Origin: Candidatus Versatilivorator sp.
GTDB lineage: Bacteria; Acidobacteriota; Terriglobia; Versatilivoradales; Versatilivoraceae
Direction: 5' to 3'
Assembly: GCA_965207735.1 (NCBI GenBank)
Contig: OZ242296.1
Coordinates: forward strand, 640,001-704,000
Length of the DNA stretch: 64,000 bases
Part shown: piece after piece, positions 18,833 through 28,958 of the stretch
Layout of the letters: each line of letters begins with the position of its first letter
Numbering within the stretch: position 1 is the first letter of the stretch
Notes under the pieces: generated by a model
The model's input: only the letters and a program-made list of their open reading frames with translations
Databases searched by the model: none
Told to the model about the DNA's origin: nothing
Made by a program: the position numbers and the translations under genes

Positions 18833-20626
18833 ATGTTCATCCGACGCACCCAGACCCGCAGCCTCCATTCCGGACAGACCTACTTCACCCACCGCCTCGT
18901 CCGCTCCCATCGCGTCAGTGGCAAGGTCCGCCAGCAGACCCTCCTCAACCTCGGTCGACACTTCTCGATCCCCCGTGAGGACTGGCCCTTGTTGTGCCGC
19001 CGTCTCGATCAGATCCTCACCGGTCAGTTGCCTCTCTTGCCGGTGGCTTCCACCCCGTTGGAGGAGGAAGCCCAACGCATGGCCCAGCGCTTGCTTGAGG
19101 GCGAAGCCGACGTGACCGGCGTTGGCGGGGAGGCCGCCTCAGAGGACCTGCAGACGGTCGAGGTGGATTCGGTGGCCTTGACACGTCCGCGCAGCGTGGG
19201 GGTGGAGCAGGTCGGTTGCTGGGCGCTGGAGCAGTTGGGGCTGGGGGATCTGCTGACCGAGTTAGGGCTGAACGGACCGATGCGGGCAGCGGCGTTGGGG
19301 GCCATGGTAGGCCGTCTGGCCCGACCGGGCTCGGAGAGGGCCACCTGGGGCTGGCTCAGGCGGCGCAGCGGCTTGGGCGAGTTGCTGGAGGTTGACTTCG
19401 AGAGCCTGAGTCTGATGCAGATGTATCGGGCCTCGGACGCGCTGATGAAGCATCGGGAGGCCATCGAGCGTCACCTCTTCACCCGGGCCATGGGGTTGTT
19501 CGATCTGGAGCCGACCGTCACCCTGTTCGATCTGACCAACACCTTCTTCGAAGGGGCGGCCGGCCATCAGCCCAAGGCCGAGCGGGGTCACTCGAAGGAC
19601 AAGCGCAGCGACTGTCGGCTGCTGACGCTGGGGTTGGTGCTGGACGGGGCGGGGTTTGTGCGCCGCTCGGAGGTCTTTGCCGGTAGGGTGGATGAGCCCC
19701 GCACCCTGGAGGGGATGCTGGAGGCGCTGGTGGTGATGGATCGGGGGGTGGCGACCGAGGACCGGATCCAGTGGCTGAGGCAGGAAGGGTATCGCTACCT
19801 GGTGGCCAGCCGCCAGGGCCGGAGGCAGTTCGATGCCGAGGCGGCCTTGACGGTGGAGACGGCTTCCAAGGCTCCCTTGCAGCTCCACAAGGAGGTCTCC
19901 GATGACGGGCAGGAAGTGCGTCTCTACTGCCGCTCACAGCAGCGGGCTGAGAAGGAGAAGGGCATCGTGGAGCGCTTCAGCCGGCGCTTCGAGCAGGGGC
20001 TCACCCGACTCTCCGAGGGGCTTTCCCGGCCGCGGACTCACAAAGGCGTCGAGAAGGTCCGGGAGAGGATCGGGCGGCTGAAGGAACAGAGCCGCGGGGT
20101 GGGGCAACACTACAGCATCGAGGTCCTCACCGACGAGAGCGGCCGCAAGGCGACAGCGCTGAGATGGAAGCACCGTCCCCGCCAGGGCTCGATGGCCACC
20201 CATCCGGGGGTCTACTGCCTGCGCAGCAACCAGACTGACTGGGACGAGGAAAGTCTCTGGCGTACCTACACGACTCTGACCGACGTGGAAGCGGTGTTTC
20301 GCTCCCTGAAGTCCGAGCTGGGCCTGCGGCCCATCTATCATCACAAGCCGGTGCGCTCGGAAGGTCACCTGTTTCTGACGGTCATCGCCTATCAACTGGT
20401 GCAGGTCATCCGCAAACGCCTCAAGCAGCGCGGCGAGGCCTCCAGTTGGACCACGCTGCGGCGCATCCTGGAAGGACAGCAGCGGGTCACGGTCACCTTC
20501 CGGCGTCAGGACGGGCGGACCTTGCACGTCCGCAAGGCCACACGGGCCGAACCCGATCAGAGGGCCATCTACGACGCCCTGGGCATCGATCCCTCTCCTG
20601 GAGGGATCCGCAAGATGATCGTCTGA
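18833..20626 (+). CDS. IS1634-family transposase
   Basis: MFIRRT, FDLTNTFFEG, GHSKDKRSD, VMDRG, VEAVFRSLKSELGLRPIYH. Confidence 0.9.
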   Translation: MFIRRTQTRSLHSGQTYFTHRLVRSHRVSGKVRQQTLLNLGRHFSIPREDWPLLCRRLDQILTGQLPLLPVASTPLEEEAQRMAQRLLEGEADVTGVGGEAASEDLQTVEVDSVALTRPRSVGVEQVGCWALEQLGLGDLLTELGLNGPMRAAALGAMVGRLARPGSERATWGWLRRRSGLGELLEVDFESLSLMQMYRASDALMKHREAIERHLFTRAMGLFDLEPTVTLFDLTNTFFEGAAGHQPKAERGHSKDKRSDCRLLTLGLVLDGAGFVRRSEVFAGRVDEPRTLEGMLEALVVMDRGVATEDRIQWLRQEGYRYLVASRQGRRQFDAEAALTVETASKAPLQLHKEVSDDGQEVRLYCRSQQRAEKEKGIVERFSRRFEQGLTRLSEGLSRPRTHKGVEKVRERIGRLKEQSRGVGQHYSIEVLTDESGRKATALRWKHRPRQGSMATHPGVYCLRSNQTDWDEESLWRTYTTLTDVEAVFRSLKSELGLRPIYHHKPVRSEGHLFLTVIAYQLVQVIRKRLKQRGEASSWTTLRRILEGQQRVTVTFRRQDGRTLHVRKATRAEPDQRAIYDALGIDPSPGGIRKMIV

Positions 20627-20759
20627 TTCCTCCAAAATCTCCGGTTTCAACGCGTTTGTAGTGCCACTTGCGCGTTGAGCCTTTTGTAACCTGTTGATAA
20701 TAAACGTATACTTGGAAGCCGTGTTAAAGATGGGTTAACGGCGGCCGAGGACGGTTTCC

Positions 20760-21602
20760 ATGCAACCAACAGCGGCGACAGAGGGGTTGAAGAACCTGCT
20801 GATTCAGCCGGAAGCCAAGTTGGACCTGGCTGCCGCGGCGTTGCAGATTGCCCTGGAGGAGTATCCCGATCTCGAAGTGGCGAGCCACCTGATGCGCTTG
20901 GACCGGCTGGCCGAGCGGGCAGCCGGCCGGCTTTCCCTTTCGGTGGAACCGGATGTGATCGACAGCCTGGATAGCATCAACCAGACGCTGTATCGCGAGG
21001 AAGGGTTTTCGGGTAATTCCGACGCTTACTACGACCCGCGCAACAGTTTCGTGAATGAGGTTCTAGACCGCCGCACGGGGATTCCCATTACCCTGTCCAT
21101 CGTTTACATGGAGGTGGGGCGGCGGCTGGGCCTGGATATTCGCGGGGTCGGATTGCCTGGCCATTTCCTGGTGAAGTGTGTTGCGGCCAGTGGCCAATGG
21201 TTGATCGACCCCTTTTTCGGAGGGAAGACCGTCACCGAGGCGGAGTGCCGCCAGCGCCTGAAGCGCCTGCACGGAGAGGAATTCTCGTTCGACCGTTCCT
21301 ACCTGGATTGCGTCACCAAGCGCCAGATTCTCGGGCGTCTGTTGGCCAACTTGAAGATGATCTACCTGGGACAACGGGATTTCAGAAGAGCCTTCAATGT
21401 GATCGAAAAAATCCTTCTCATCTTTCCGAAGGCAGCCGGAGAGATCCGGGACCGCGGCTCGGTTTCGTTTCGGCTCCATCGTTTTTCCGAGGCCATGCGG
21501 GACTGGGACCGCTACCTGGCCATGGAGCCCCAGGCGTCGGACACAGGAGAGGTCAAGCAGAACATGAAGGCGGCTGCGACCCAGATCGGTCTTCGCAACT
21601 GA
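20760..21602 (+). CDS. SirB1-family transglutaminase-like/TPR protein
   Basis: YYDPRNSFVNEVLDRRTGIPITLS, GLPGHFL, C-terminal TPR. Confidence 0.88.
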   Translation: MQPTAATEGLKNLLIQPEAKLDLAAAALQIALEEYPDLEVASHLMRLDRLAERAAGRLSLSVEPDVIDSLDSINQTLYREEGFSGNSDAYYDPRNSFVNEVLDRRTGIPITLSIVYMEVGRRLGLDIRGVGLPGHFLVKCVAASGQWLIDPFFGGKTVTEAECRQRLKRLHGEEFSFDRSYLDCVTKRQILGRLLANLKMIYLGQRDFRRAFNVIEKILLIFPKAAGEIRDRGSVSFRLHRFSEAMRDWDRYLAMEPQASDTGEVKQNMKAAATQIGLRN

Positions 21603-21616
21603 GACAGAACACTGGT

Positions 21617-23167
21617 TCACAACATCGGGCCTGCTCGCCAGAGGGCAAACTCCCGGTGACCGACAATCTCGTTCTTGGCGAGTTTGCCGGAGGCTACGGC
21701 AAGGATTGTGTCGAAAATGTGCTGGCCGACCTCGTCCAGGGTTTGAGTCCCATCGATGATTGTGCCGGCGTTGATATCCATGTTCTCTTCCAGATGGTGG
21801 AACATGCGGCTGTTGGTCGCGATCTTGAGGACCGGGACGATGGGGTTCCCGGTGGGAGTCCCTCGCCCGGTGGTGAAACAGACGACGTTGGCTCCACTGG
21901 ACACCAACCCGGATACCGACGGGGTATCGAAACCGGGTGAATCCATGATCACAAAGCCGGTCCGGTTGATTCTCTGCGCATAGTCGAAGACGGCTTGCAG
22001 TGGAGTGTTTCCTGCCTTGCGAATGGCCCCCAGCGATTTCTCCACGATGTTGGATATCCCGCCTGCAATGTTGCCTGGGGAAGGGTTCTCGTCCAGTTCT
22101 CCTCCCAGCGCGGCCGCGTAGGCTTTATAGCGTTCCAGGATTTGCCACAAGCCCTCGGCAGCCTGGGTGGAGGCCGCACCCCTCATCAGCAGATGTTCGG
22201 CGCCATAGATCTCCGGGGTCTCCGGCAGCACGGTGGTGCCGCCGCAATTGACGATATGGTCGCTGGCGCGCCCCAGAGCCGGATTGGCTGAAATACCCGA
22301 GTAGGCGTCCGACCCTCCGCACTGCAGACCCAGCAGCAGGTGTTTGGCGGAGACGCTGGTACGTCTGCATTCTCGGGCCTGTTCCACCAACTCCTCCACG
22401 ATTTGAATACCCTGCGTCACGGCTGGGGTGGTGCCCCCGGCTCCCTGGATGGTCAGGTAGCGGACCCGGCCCCGAGTATGGGTCTGAAACTGCAGGGGTA
22501 GGCTGGAGTGGCACCCCTGCACACACTCCACGTTGCTCTCCTCGCATCCCAGACCCAATACCAGGACAGCGGCAACGTTGGGGTGGTACATGATCCCGTT
22601 ATAGACGCGCATCAGTTGCGCAATATCCTCCCCCTTCTCGCCGCCGCATCCCTCCTGGTGAGTGATGGGAATGACCCCGTCGAAATGGGGGTCGTCCTGA
22701 AACCGCTGCTCGAAATGTCTGGCGATGAGCTGCGTCGGATGGCTCGAGCAGATCACGGTTGACAGCACCACCACGTAATTGCGGGTGCCGACGCCCCCCC
22801 ATTCCCTCCGGTAGCCCTGAAAGCAGGGGACCTCGCTGGAGGGGCGAAACCGCACCGGCTTGGGATTGATTCGGGTCGACTTGCGGTGGGCGCTGGTGTC
22901 TGGGGCCATATTGTGATTGTGGACCGTGCTGCCCTCGGGAATGGGACGGGTTGCAAGGCCGATGACTTCCCCGTAACGGAGGACGGTCTCGCCGGAGGCG
23001 ATCCCTCGCAATGCAATCTTGTGACCCGGTTGCACCGTTTGGGTGACCAAGAGGCGAGTGCCGTTGGAGCTCAAGAGAGTTCCCTTGCCGATGGTGGCCT
23101 TGGCCACGGCCACGTTGTCTTCGGGATGAATGACGATCGCTTTATCCGCCAGGCTGGCTTCGCTCAT
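21617..23167 (-). CDS. uxaA: Altronate dehydratase family (SAF + UxaA)
   Basis: DNVAVA, GHKIAL, GVGTRNY, QCGGSD, FTTGRG. Confidence 0.88.
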   Translation of the reverse strand: MSEASLADKAIVIHPEDNVAVAKATIGKGTLLSSNGTRLLVTQTVQPGHKIALRGIASGETVLRYGEVIGLATRPIPEGSTVHNHNMAPDTSAHRKSTRINPKPVRFRPSSEVPCFQGYRREWGGVGTRNYVVVLSTVICSSHPTQLIARHFEQRFQDDPHFDGVIPITHQEGCGGEKGEDIAQLMRVYNGIMYHPNVAAVLVLGLGCEESNVECVQGCHSSLPLQFQTHTRGRVRYLTIQGAGGTTPAVTQGIQIVEELVEQARECRRTSVSAKHLLLGLQCGGSDAYSGISANPALGRASDHIVNCGGTTVLPETPEIYGAEHLLMRGAASTQAAEGLWQILERYKAYAAALGGELDENPSPGNIAGGISNIVEKSLGAIRKAGNTPLQAVFDYAQRINRTGFVIMDSPGFDTPSVSGLVSSGANVVCFTTGRGTPTGNPIVPVLKIATNSRMFHHLEENMDINAGTIIDGTQTLDEVGQHIFDTILAVASGKLAKNEIVGHREFALWRAGPML

Positions 23168-23377
23168 GGAGATGCATCCTTATGGGCAATGGCACTCGAA
23201 CTATTGAGGCATTGCATTGCAGACAGGGGGGTTATCCGATTCAGGGGTCTGACGGCCCGCCCTGATCCCGGGGCGGGCATGATATCAGATGGACTCTGGC
23301 TCAGGGGAGTGAAATCGCTTGCGATTCCGGCGGGGTGACCGCGCTGCAGGAGGCCTTGAGTTCGCAAGGCCTTCCAT

Positions 23378-24190
23378 TCATCCGGGCGATCCCGGATCGT
23401 CAGCCGAATAACGGAGCAACCCCTTGACTTCTTCGGGTAAGCGTTCGAATACGGACGCCGGCAGGGAAGGCACCTCGGCGTTGGCCCCGCCGGTGGCATC
23501 GACGATATCCCGACGATCGACGGTGCCCGGGCGGAGAGGGTCGAGGTTCAGCCACCAGGGCGCGTAGCGCACAATGACCGCAACCCGGTCCCGATCGGTT
23601 CGATTGGTGGCCACGGCATGCCAAAGGCGGGCATCGCAGACGGCAACGGTTCCGGCGGGACCCAGCAGACGGCACTCGTGGGGGTGGGGATCGTAGGGAT
23701 CGACGCCCCCTCCTTTCCTGGGGTGGTTGGGCTTGCGGTGGCTGCCGGGGACCACAACGGTGGCGCCGTTCTCCTCGGTGAAATCGGTCAGCATCCAGAA
23801 GGTCACCAGATGCATGAGCAGATCGGGGTAGGGAGCCGGAATGCAAGCAGCGCTATCCTGGTTGTAGGGCCAGTCGGCGTGGAATGCTCCCCGCGGGATT
23901 CCCGGACCGTTGACCGAACCCGTCAGCATGGAAATGCGAACATGGGGACCCAGCAGAGATTGAGCCAGCCCCAGGACCCGAGGATGGGCCAGGAAGGGAG
24001 CCAAGGCCTGATTCACTCTCAAGAATCCGGGGACATGCCCGACGGGCATGGGCATGTCGGTGTGGGTCCTGACGTCTCTGGCCACGCTCCGGCGCAGGTC
24101 ATCCAGTTCCCCTGGCGGAAGCACCCCCGGAATGAGGCAGTAGCCTCGCTCGGCCAGTTGGGAAGCCAGTGCCGTGTGGTTTGAGTTCAC
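23378..24190 (-). CDS. Phytanoyl-CoA dioxygenase (PhyH) family
   Basis: HAD motif, ENGATVVVPGSH, DARLWH, N...R. Confidence 0.85.
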   Translation of the reverse strand: MNSNHTALASQLAERGYCLIPGVLPPGELDDLRRSVARDVRTHTDMPMPVGHVPGFLRVNQALAPFLAHPRVLGLAQSLLGPHVRISMLTGSVNGPGIPRGAFHADWPYNQDSAACIPAPYPDLLMHLVTFWMLTDFTEENGATVVVPGSHRKPNHPRKGGGVDPYDPHPHECRLLGPAGTVAVCDARLWHAVATNRTDRDRVAVIVRYAPWWLNLDPLRPGTVDRRDIVDATGGANAEVPSLPASVFERLPEEVKGLLRYSADDPGSPG

Positions 24191-24269
24191 CTCTACCTCT
24201 TACAAGTTACAGACGCGGCTCCGGATATCCGGTTGTCGAGTGAAAGAAAAAAGCGTGGAGATATGCGGG

Positions 24270-26246
24270 TTAGACCCGCTGGGTGGTCTTGATGGCTTCC
24301 AGAACGTCTCGATCTTTCTCCAGGATGGCAGGGTTGTCGTTGCAGCAACTACCGGACGCGGCTGAGTCCTGTATCACCGGCAGTGTCAGGCGGTGCTGGG
24401 TTGTCTCAAGGGGAACTTTCTTGCCCTTGGCGAAGATGTCATGTCTCCCCCGGGTCTTGTGCCATTCCGCCAGGCTGGCCGTTTGGTGCATGTTTTCGAT
24501 GATCTGCCTCCAGCCGACCCCGGTGTTGTAGGCGCAGAAGGAAATCTCTCCCTCCTGGGTGCCGTAGGGAATGACGCACATCTCGGTGCGGCGGAAATCG
24601 TAGGTCCACAGATCCTGAAACCACATACCCTCCACGCACAATACCCGCCAGTCATCCAAGTCGCTACGGGTCTTCATGCGGTCGTTGCGGTCGCTGTCCG
24701 ACCTCGCCGAGCTTGGCTTGAACAGGTTGACGATTTGAGAGATCGGAAAACCCCGGGGAGCCAGGTCGGCTTTGAAATTGCGCAGAATGGCCAGAGCCAA
24801 TTGGGCTCCGGTCAAGGCCTTTCCGCGAGCGGTGTCGGTAATGACCGCCACGTCCCGGATGAACTGCTCGTAGTCAAAGAACTTGAACAGGGGCGTCCAT
24901 TCGCGGGTACGGCGGTTGACCACCAGCAGGCTGAAGATACCGCAGTTGGGGTGGCAGTTGCAGGCGCTCCATCCCCAGGAGGCGTCCGCCCCTTGCAGCA
25001 GATCCATCACGCTGGTGAAGGCGCTGTAGGAAGACAGGGGAAACCAGTCTCTCAGGGGCTGCCAGTCGGCGGACAACTGGCCCTTGAGGTCCTGGGTCAT
25101 TTGAGACAGGGTGTAGCGTTGGGCGTATCGCGTGCTGTCTTCGACGTCTTCATCCCGACCGGTGAAGGACACGGGTTGGAAGGCGATGGTTTGAATCTTG
25201 TCGACGTTGCGGGCTGCAAAATCGACGATGGACCCGATTCCCTGGTTGTTGACGCCGTTGACGATGGTGGTCACCAAAGTGGTTTTCATGCCCACCTTGG
25301 CCATGTTCTCGATGGACTGCAACTTGACGTCGAACAGATTGCCGACGCCGCGGTGACTGTTACTCTCTTCGCAGGTGCCGTCGAACTGCAGGTAGGCTCC
25401 GTGAAGTCCCGCCTCATGGGCCTGCCGGGTGAACTCCTCGCTCTGTGCGAAGCGAATCCCGTTGGTGGCCGCCAGAACCCGATAGAATCCGATCTTCTTG
25501 GCGTAGGCGACGGCTTCGATGAAGAATGGGGAGAGGGTGGGTTCTCCTCCGGAGAAAAGGATGATCACCTGACGACGTGGCTTGTAGGAGACGGCACGGT
25601 CCAGAATGGCCTTGATGTCTTCAAACTCCGGTTGATGAACATAGCCAACCTGATTGGCATCCATGAAGCAGGGATTGCACATCATGTTGCATCGGTTGGT
25701 CAAATCCACCGTCAGCACAGCGCCGCGTCCGAACTTGATGCTGGAGTTCCCATGGCGATGGACGTGGTCATCTTCGGAGCAACGGAAATCCCGCCCGAAG
25801 AAGAGGCCTTCGATTCGACGGGTAAATTCGGGGTCGGTGGAGAGCACATCTTCGAAAGGCCCGTGCTTGTCGCACACCTTGCGCATGATCACCTTGCCGC
25901 CCTCTTCCAGAATCTGGGCCTTGATTTCACCCGGGTGCCCGGACATCAGGGTGGAGAGGTCGGCTTCGCCGTTAATGATGGCATTGCGAACCTCGGGCAC
26001 GCAGCGCGGACACAAGGAGTCGGTGGTCCTGGGGAATCCCAGGGTAGGAGCCGAGCGTTCGTGGCTCTTGAGCATCTTGCCTGGAGCCCAGCTGGGAGTC
26101 GGGAGCTTTCCCTCCGGGAAGCTTCGATTGACGGCCTGGAAAGTCTTCCAGGTCAGATCGGCTACACCAGAGAGAAAAGACGAACCCGAAAACTGGTGCC
26201 ACCAGCTTCGGTTGCGACCATCTCTAAACATGTGGTCTGTGTACAT
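24270..26246 (-). CDS. Radical SAM protein of the Tes/GDGT-MAS (MJ0619-like) family
   Basis: N-terminal SLCPRC...CDKHG, CNMMCNPC radical SAM motif, YLQFDG, auxiliary CNCHPNC and CVIPY..FCAYN. Confidence 0.75.
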   Translation of the reverse strand: MYTDHMFRDGRNRSWWHQFSGSSFLSGVADLTWKTFQAVNRSFPEGKLPTPSWAPGKMLKSHERSAPTLGFPRTTDSLCPRCVPEVRNAIINGEADLSTLMSGHPGEIKAQILEEGGKVIMRKVCDKHGPFEDVLSTDPEFTRRIEGLFFGRDFRCSEDDHVHRHGNSSIKFGRGAVLTVDLTNRCNMMCNPCFMDANQVGYVHQPEFEDIKAILDRAVSYKPRRQVIILFSGGEPTLSPFFIEAVAYAKKIGFYRVLAATNGIRFAQSEEFTRQAHEAGLHGAYLQFDGTCEESNSHRGVGNLFDVKLQSIENMAKVGMKTTLVTTIVNGVNNQGIGSIVDFAARNVDKIQTIAFQPVSFTGRDEDVEDSTRYAQRYTLSQMTQDLKGQLSADWQPLRDWFPLSSYSAFTSVMDLLQGADASWGWSACNCHPNCGIFSLLVVNRRTREWTPLFKFFDYEQFIRDVAVITDTARGKALTGAQLALAILRNFKADLAPRGFPISQIVNLFKPSSARSDSDRNDRMKTRSDLDDWRVLCVEGMWFQDLWTYDFRRTEMCVIPYGTQEGEISFCAYNTGVGWRQIIENMHQTASLAEWHKTRGRHDIFAKGKKVPLETTQHRLTLPVIQDSAASGSCCNDNPAILEKDRDVLEAIKTTQRV

Positions 26247-26457
26247 CAATGCCTCCGAGACTGAGGGAATTGAGACCGCACACTACCAAGGCAGGATGGT
26301 AAGGGCCGTAACCGAATCACAGGCCTTTGGTTACCCGCCTCAAGGTACCAATTTCAGGGTGGCGGTGTCCAGGAAAAACTGTCTACGGAAAACTCCCCCG
26401 GGGAAGCCCGCAAGGCCACGGCGGGATTGCAGGTTGCCTGGTTGCGATTCTTGGGAG

Positions 26458-26533
26458 TGGAGCCGACGAGCGGGATTGAACCGCTGACCTGTCGATTACG
26501 AATCGACCGCTCTACCAGCTGAGCTACGTCGGC
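26458..26533 (-). tRNA. tRNA-Thr(CGT)
   Basis: 76 nt GCCGACG...GTCGGCTCCA, anticodon arm GTCGA-TTCGTAA-TCGAC, GGTTCAATCC T-arm, encoded CCA. Confidence 0.97.
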
Positions 26534-26637
26534 CTGAGCCGTCAGCGCTCGCCAACACAAGAAAATGCCCATCCCGGGGGATGGGCATTTCAAAGAGGAG
26601 AGGGTTGACAAAAGAGTCAATACCCACCGTATCGGCT

Positions 26638-26666
26638 ACTATAGTGAGGTGGCCGCTGACTGTCAA
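26638..26666 (-). promoter_or_regulatory. Sigma70 promoter for tRNA-Thr
   Basis: TTGACA-17 nt-TATAGT on the minus strand about 105 nt upstream of the tRNA. Confidence 0.7.
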
Positions 26667-26795
26667 GCCGATTTTCGAAATAAATGGATGGAGCGCGGAA
26701 CCGAAGAATATTTTTAGGTCACGTATTGTTGTCTATGGTTTAAATGGCTTAGTGGAGGCCAGCATTCAGTTATCTTGCGCTATGAAGATTGAGTC

Positions 26796-27374
26796 ATGAC
26801 CCGGTTCGAGCAGGAAAAGTGGCAAGCCAGGTACGCCTCATTGCCCTCCGGCCCACTGCCCCTTAAACCTGCGGCTCGCTGGCTTCACCGGTGGGAAGGG
26901 GTCATTCCGCCAGGACGGGTAGTCGATCTGGCCGTTGGCCTGGGAGGGAACGCCTTTCACCTGGCGGGCCGGGGGGCCTCGGTGCTGGGGATCGATGTCT
27001 CGGAAAGGGCGGCCAGGGCACTGCGCCGGACGGCCTTGGACCGTGGCTTAAGGCTTGAGTTGCTCGTCGCCGATTTGGATGTTTTCCCGCTGCCGCCGAA
27101 CCGCTTTGATGCGATCCTTTGCTTTTTCTATCTCAATCGACGGCTCTTTCCCCAAATCAGGAGCAGCCTCAACCCTGGGGGTGTCCTGCTGATGGAGGCT
27201 TTCGTGACCGATCCGCAACGGCCGGAAAAGGATCAACCCGGCTACCGGCTGGCCGAGAGGGAACTGCTGGCGGCCTTCGATGATTGGGAAATTCTCGACT
27301 ATGCCGAGGGCATCCAGCGGGGAGTTGGCCCCTCGCAGGTGGCTACCGCCCGCATTTGCGCCAGGAAACCCTAG
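26796..27374 (+). CDS. Class I SAM-dependent methyltransferase (TehB-like)
   Basis: VVDLAVGLGGN, GIDVS, ADLD, LNPGG. Confidence 0.85.
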   Translation: MTRFEQEKWQARYASLPSGPLPLKPAARWLHRWEGVIPPGRVVDLAVGLGGNAFHLAGRGASVLGIDVSERAARALRRTALDRGLRLELLVADLDVFPLPPNRFDAILCFFYLNRRLFPQIRSSLNPGGVLLMEAFVTDPQRPEKDQPGYRLAERELLAAFDDWEILDYAEGIQRGVGPSQVATARICARKP

Positions 27375-28954
27375 GAGTCTGCGCCGCAGAAAACCCAGGC
27401 AGGGCTGAATGATAGAATAACGGGCTTAGAGAGATCATGGGAGGTGGTGAATGGGGACGAGGTTTCGCCCGTATGAACCGAAGCAGTTGTTGATGCTGCC
27501 GCCGGACCTGCGGGAGTGGGTACCGGAAGGACACTTGGCGCATCAGGTGAGCGAGTTGGTGGATGGGCTGGAGTTGGGAGCGTTCTACCGGCGGTATGAA
27601 GAGGACGGGAGGCGCAACTCGCCCTATGAGCCGGGGATGATGGTGAAGGTATTGATCTACGCCTATGCGACGGGGGTGTTCTCGTCGCGCAAGATTGCCA
27701 GGAAGCTGGAGGAGGACGTGGCGTTTCGGATGCTGGCGGCGGGGAACTTTCCGCAGCATCGGACGCTGTGCGAGTTTCGCCGGCGGCACTTGAAGGACTT
27801 CAAGCGGCTGTTGGTGCAAGTGGTGCGTTTGGCGCGGGAGATGGGGATGGTGGGGTTGGGGCGATTGGGGATCGACGGGACGAAGGTGCGGGCGAACGCG
27901 AGCCGGCGCAAGGCGATGAGCTATGGTCGGATGAAGGAGCGGGAGCGGCAACTGAAGGCAGAGATCCATGAGTTGTTGAAGAAGGCGCGGCGGGAGGACC
28001 GGGAGGAAGATGAGCGGTACGGGGAAGACCGGCGTGGGGATGAGTTGCCCGAGGAGTTGCGGCGGCGGGAGGACCGGCTGGCGGCGATCGAGGCGGCCAA
28101 GCAGCGGCTGGAGGCGGCCCAGCGGGAGGCCGATGAGGAGCGGGGGCGCAAACCGGGACAGGACCGCAACCCGAAAGCACGACGGCCCTACAAGCGGGCC
28201 TACGGAGAACCGGAGGAGAAGGCGCAGAGTAATTTCACCGATCCGGAAAGCCGGATCATGAAGACTTCCACCGAGGGGTTCCAGCAATGCTACAACGCGC
28301 AGGTGGCGGTGGACGGAGAGCACCAGATCATTGTGGCCACCGAGGTAACGGCGCAGGCGAGCGATCAGGGGCAGATGATGGAGTTGCTGGAGGAGGTGGA
28401 GGAGAGCTTCCAGGAGATACCGAAACAGGTGCTGGCGGATGCGGGCTACTGCAATGAGGCGGACTTGCAGGCCCTGGAAGAGAGAGGAGTGGACGGTTAT
28501 GTTGCGCTGGGGCGCGAGGGGAAGCGGGCGGTAGAGATCGATCCCAGGAAGCATCCGGCCAAGAGTCGTATGAGGAAGAAGCTGGCCAGCCTAGCCGGTC
28601 AGGTGGAGTATCGGCGGAGGAAGTGGATTGCCGAAGCCCCTCATGGGTGGATCAAGGAGGGGCTGGGATTCCGACGGTTCAGTCTGCGGGGCTTGCAATC
28701 AGTGCAGGGGGAGTGGGACTTGGTGTGTCTGGCCCTCAACATCAAGAGGATGAGTGCGCTGATGGCAGCCTGAAGCAAGGGATTTCCACCCAATACCCAG
28801 GACCACGGAGGTCCTCAACCGCCCATTGTGGGAGCCCACAGGGCCCTTGAGACTCTATCAACGCCCAAGCGGCTCCCAAGCACTCCTTGGAACCGGCCTT
28901 GCGCAGTAGCCTCTCGCTCTTGAACTTTCCGAAATCGTCCTGCGGCGCAGACTC
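27375..28954 (+). mobile_element. IS1182-family element copy 1 (1580 bp)
   Basis: 15-bp IRs GAGTCTGCGCCGCAG; CTAG duplication (27371-27374, 28955-28958). Confidence 0.93.
27451..28773 (+). CDS. IS1182-family transposase
   Basis: IDGTKVRANAS, TDPESRIM, YNAQ, LADAGY, IAEAPHGWIK. Confidence 0.95.
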   Translation: MGTRFRPYEPKQLLMLPPDLREWVPEGHLAHQVSELVDGLELGAFYRRYEEDGRRNSPYEPGMMVKVLIYAYATGVFSSRKIARKLEEDVAFRMLAAGNFPQHRTLCEFRRRHLKDFKRLLVQVVRLAREMGMVGLGRLGIDGTKVRANASRRKAMSYGRMKERERQLKAEIHELLKKARREDREEDERYGEDRRGDELPEELRRREDRLAAIEAAKQRLEAAQREADEERGRKPGQDRNPKARRPYKRAYGEPEEKAQSNFTDPESRIMKTSTEGFQQCYNAQVAVDGEHQIIVATEVTAQASDQGQMMELLEEVEESFQEIPKQVLADAGYCNEADLQALEERGVDGYVALGREGKRAVEIDPRKHPAKSRMRKKLASLAGQVEYRRRKWIAEAPHGWIKEGLGFRRFSLRGLQSVQGEWDLVCLALNIKRMSALMAA

Positions 28955-28958
28955 CTAG

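Larger units (their letters stand above)
17181..20734 (+). mobile_element. IS1634-family element whose left end is interrupted by a nested IS
   Basis: Perfect 13-bp IRs CCCATCTTTAACA (17181-17193, 20722-20734), TTAA on both flanks, IHF sites at 18738-18750 and 20687-20699. Confidence 0.8.

Noticed and set aside
26458-26533. tRNA-Thr as an integration site
   Set aside because: No duplicated 3' end or adjacent integrase was noticed.
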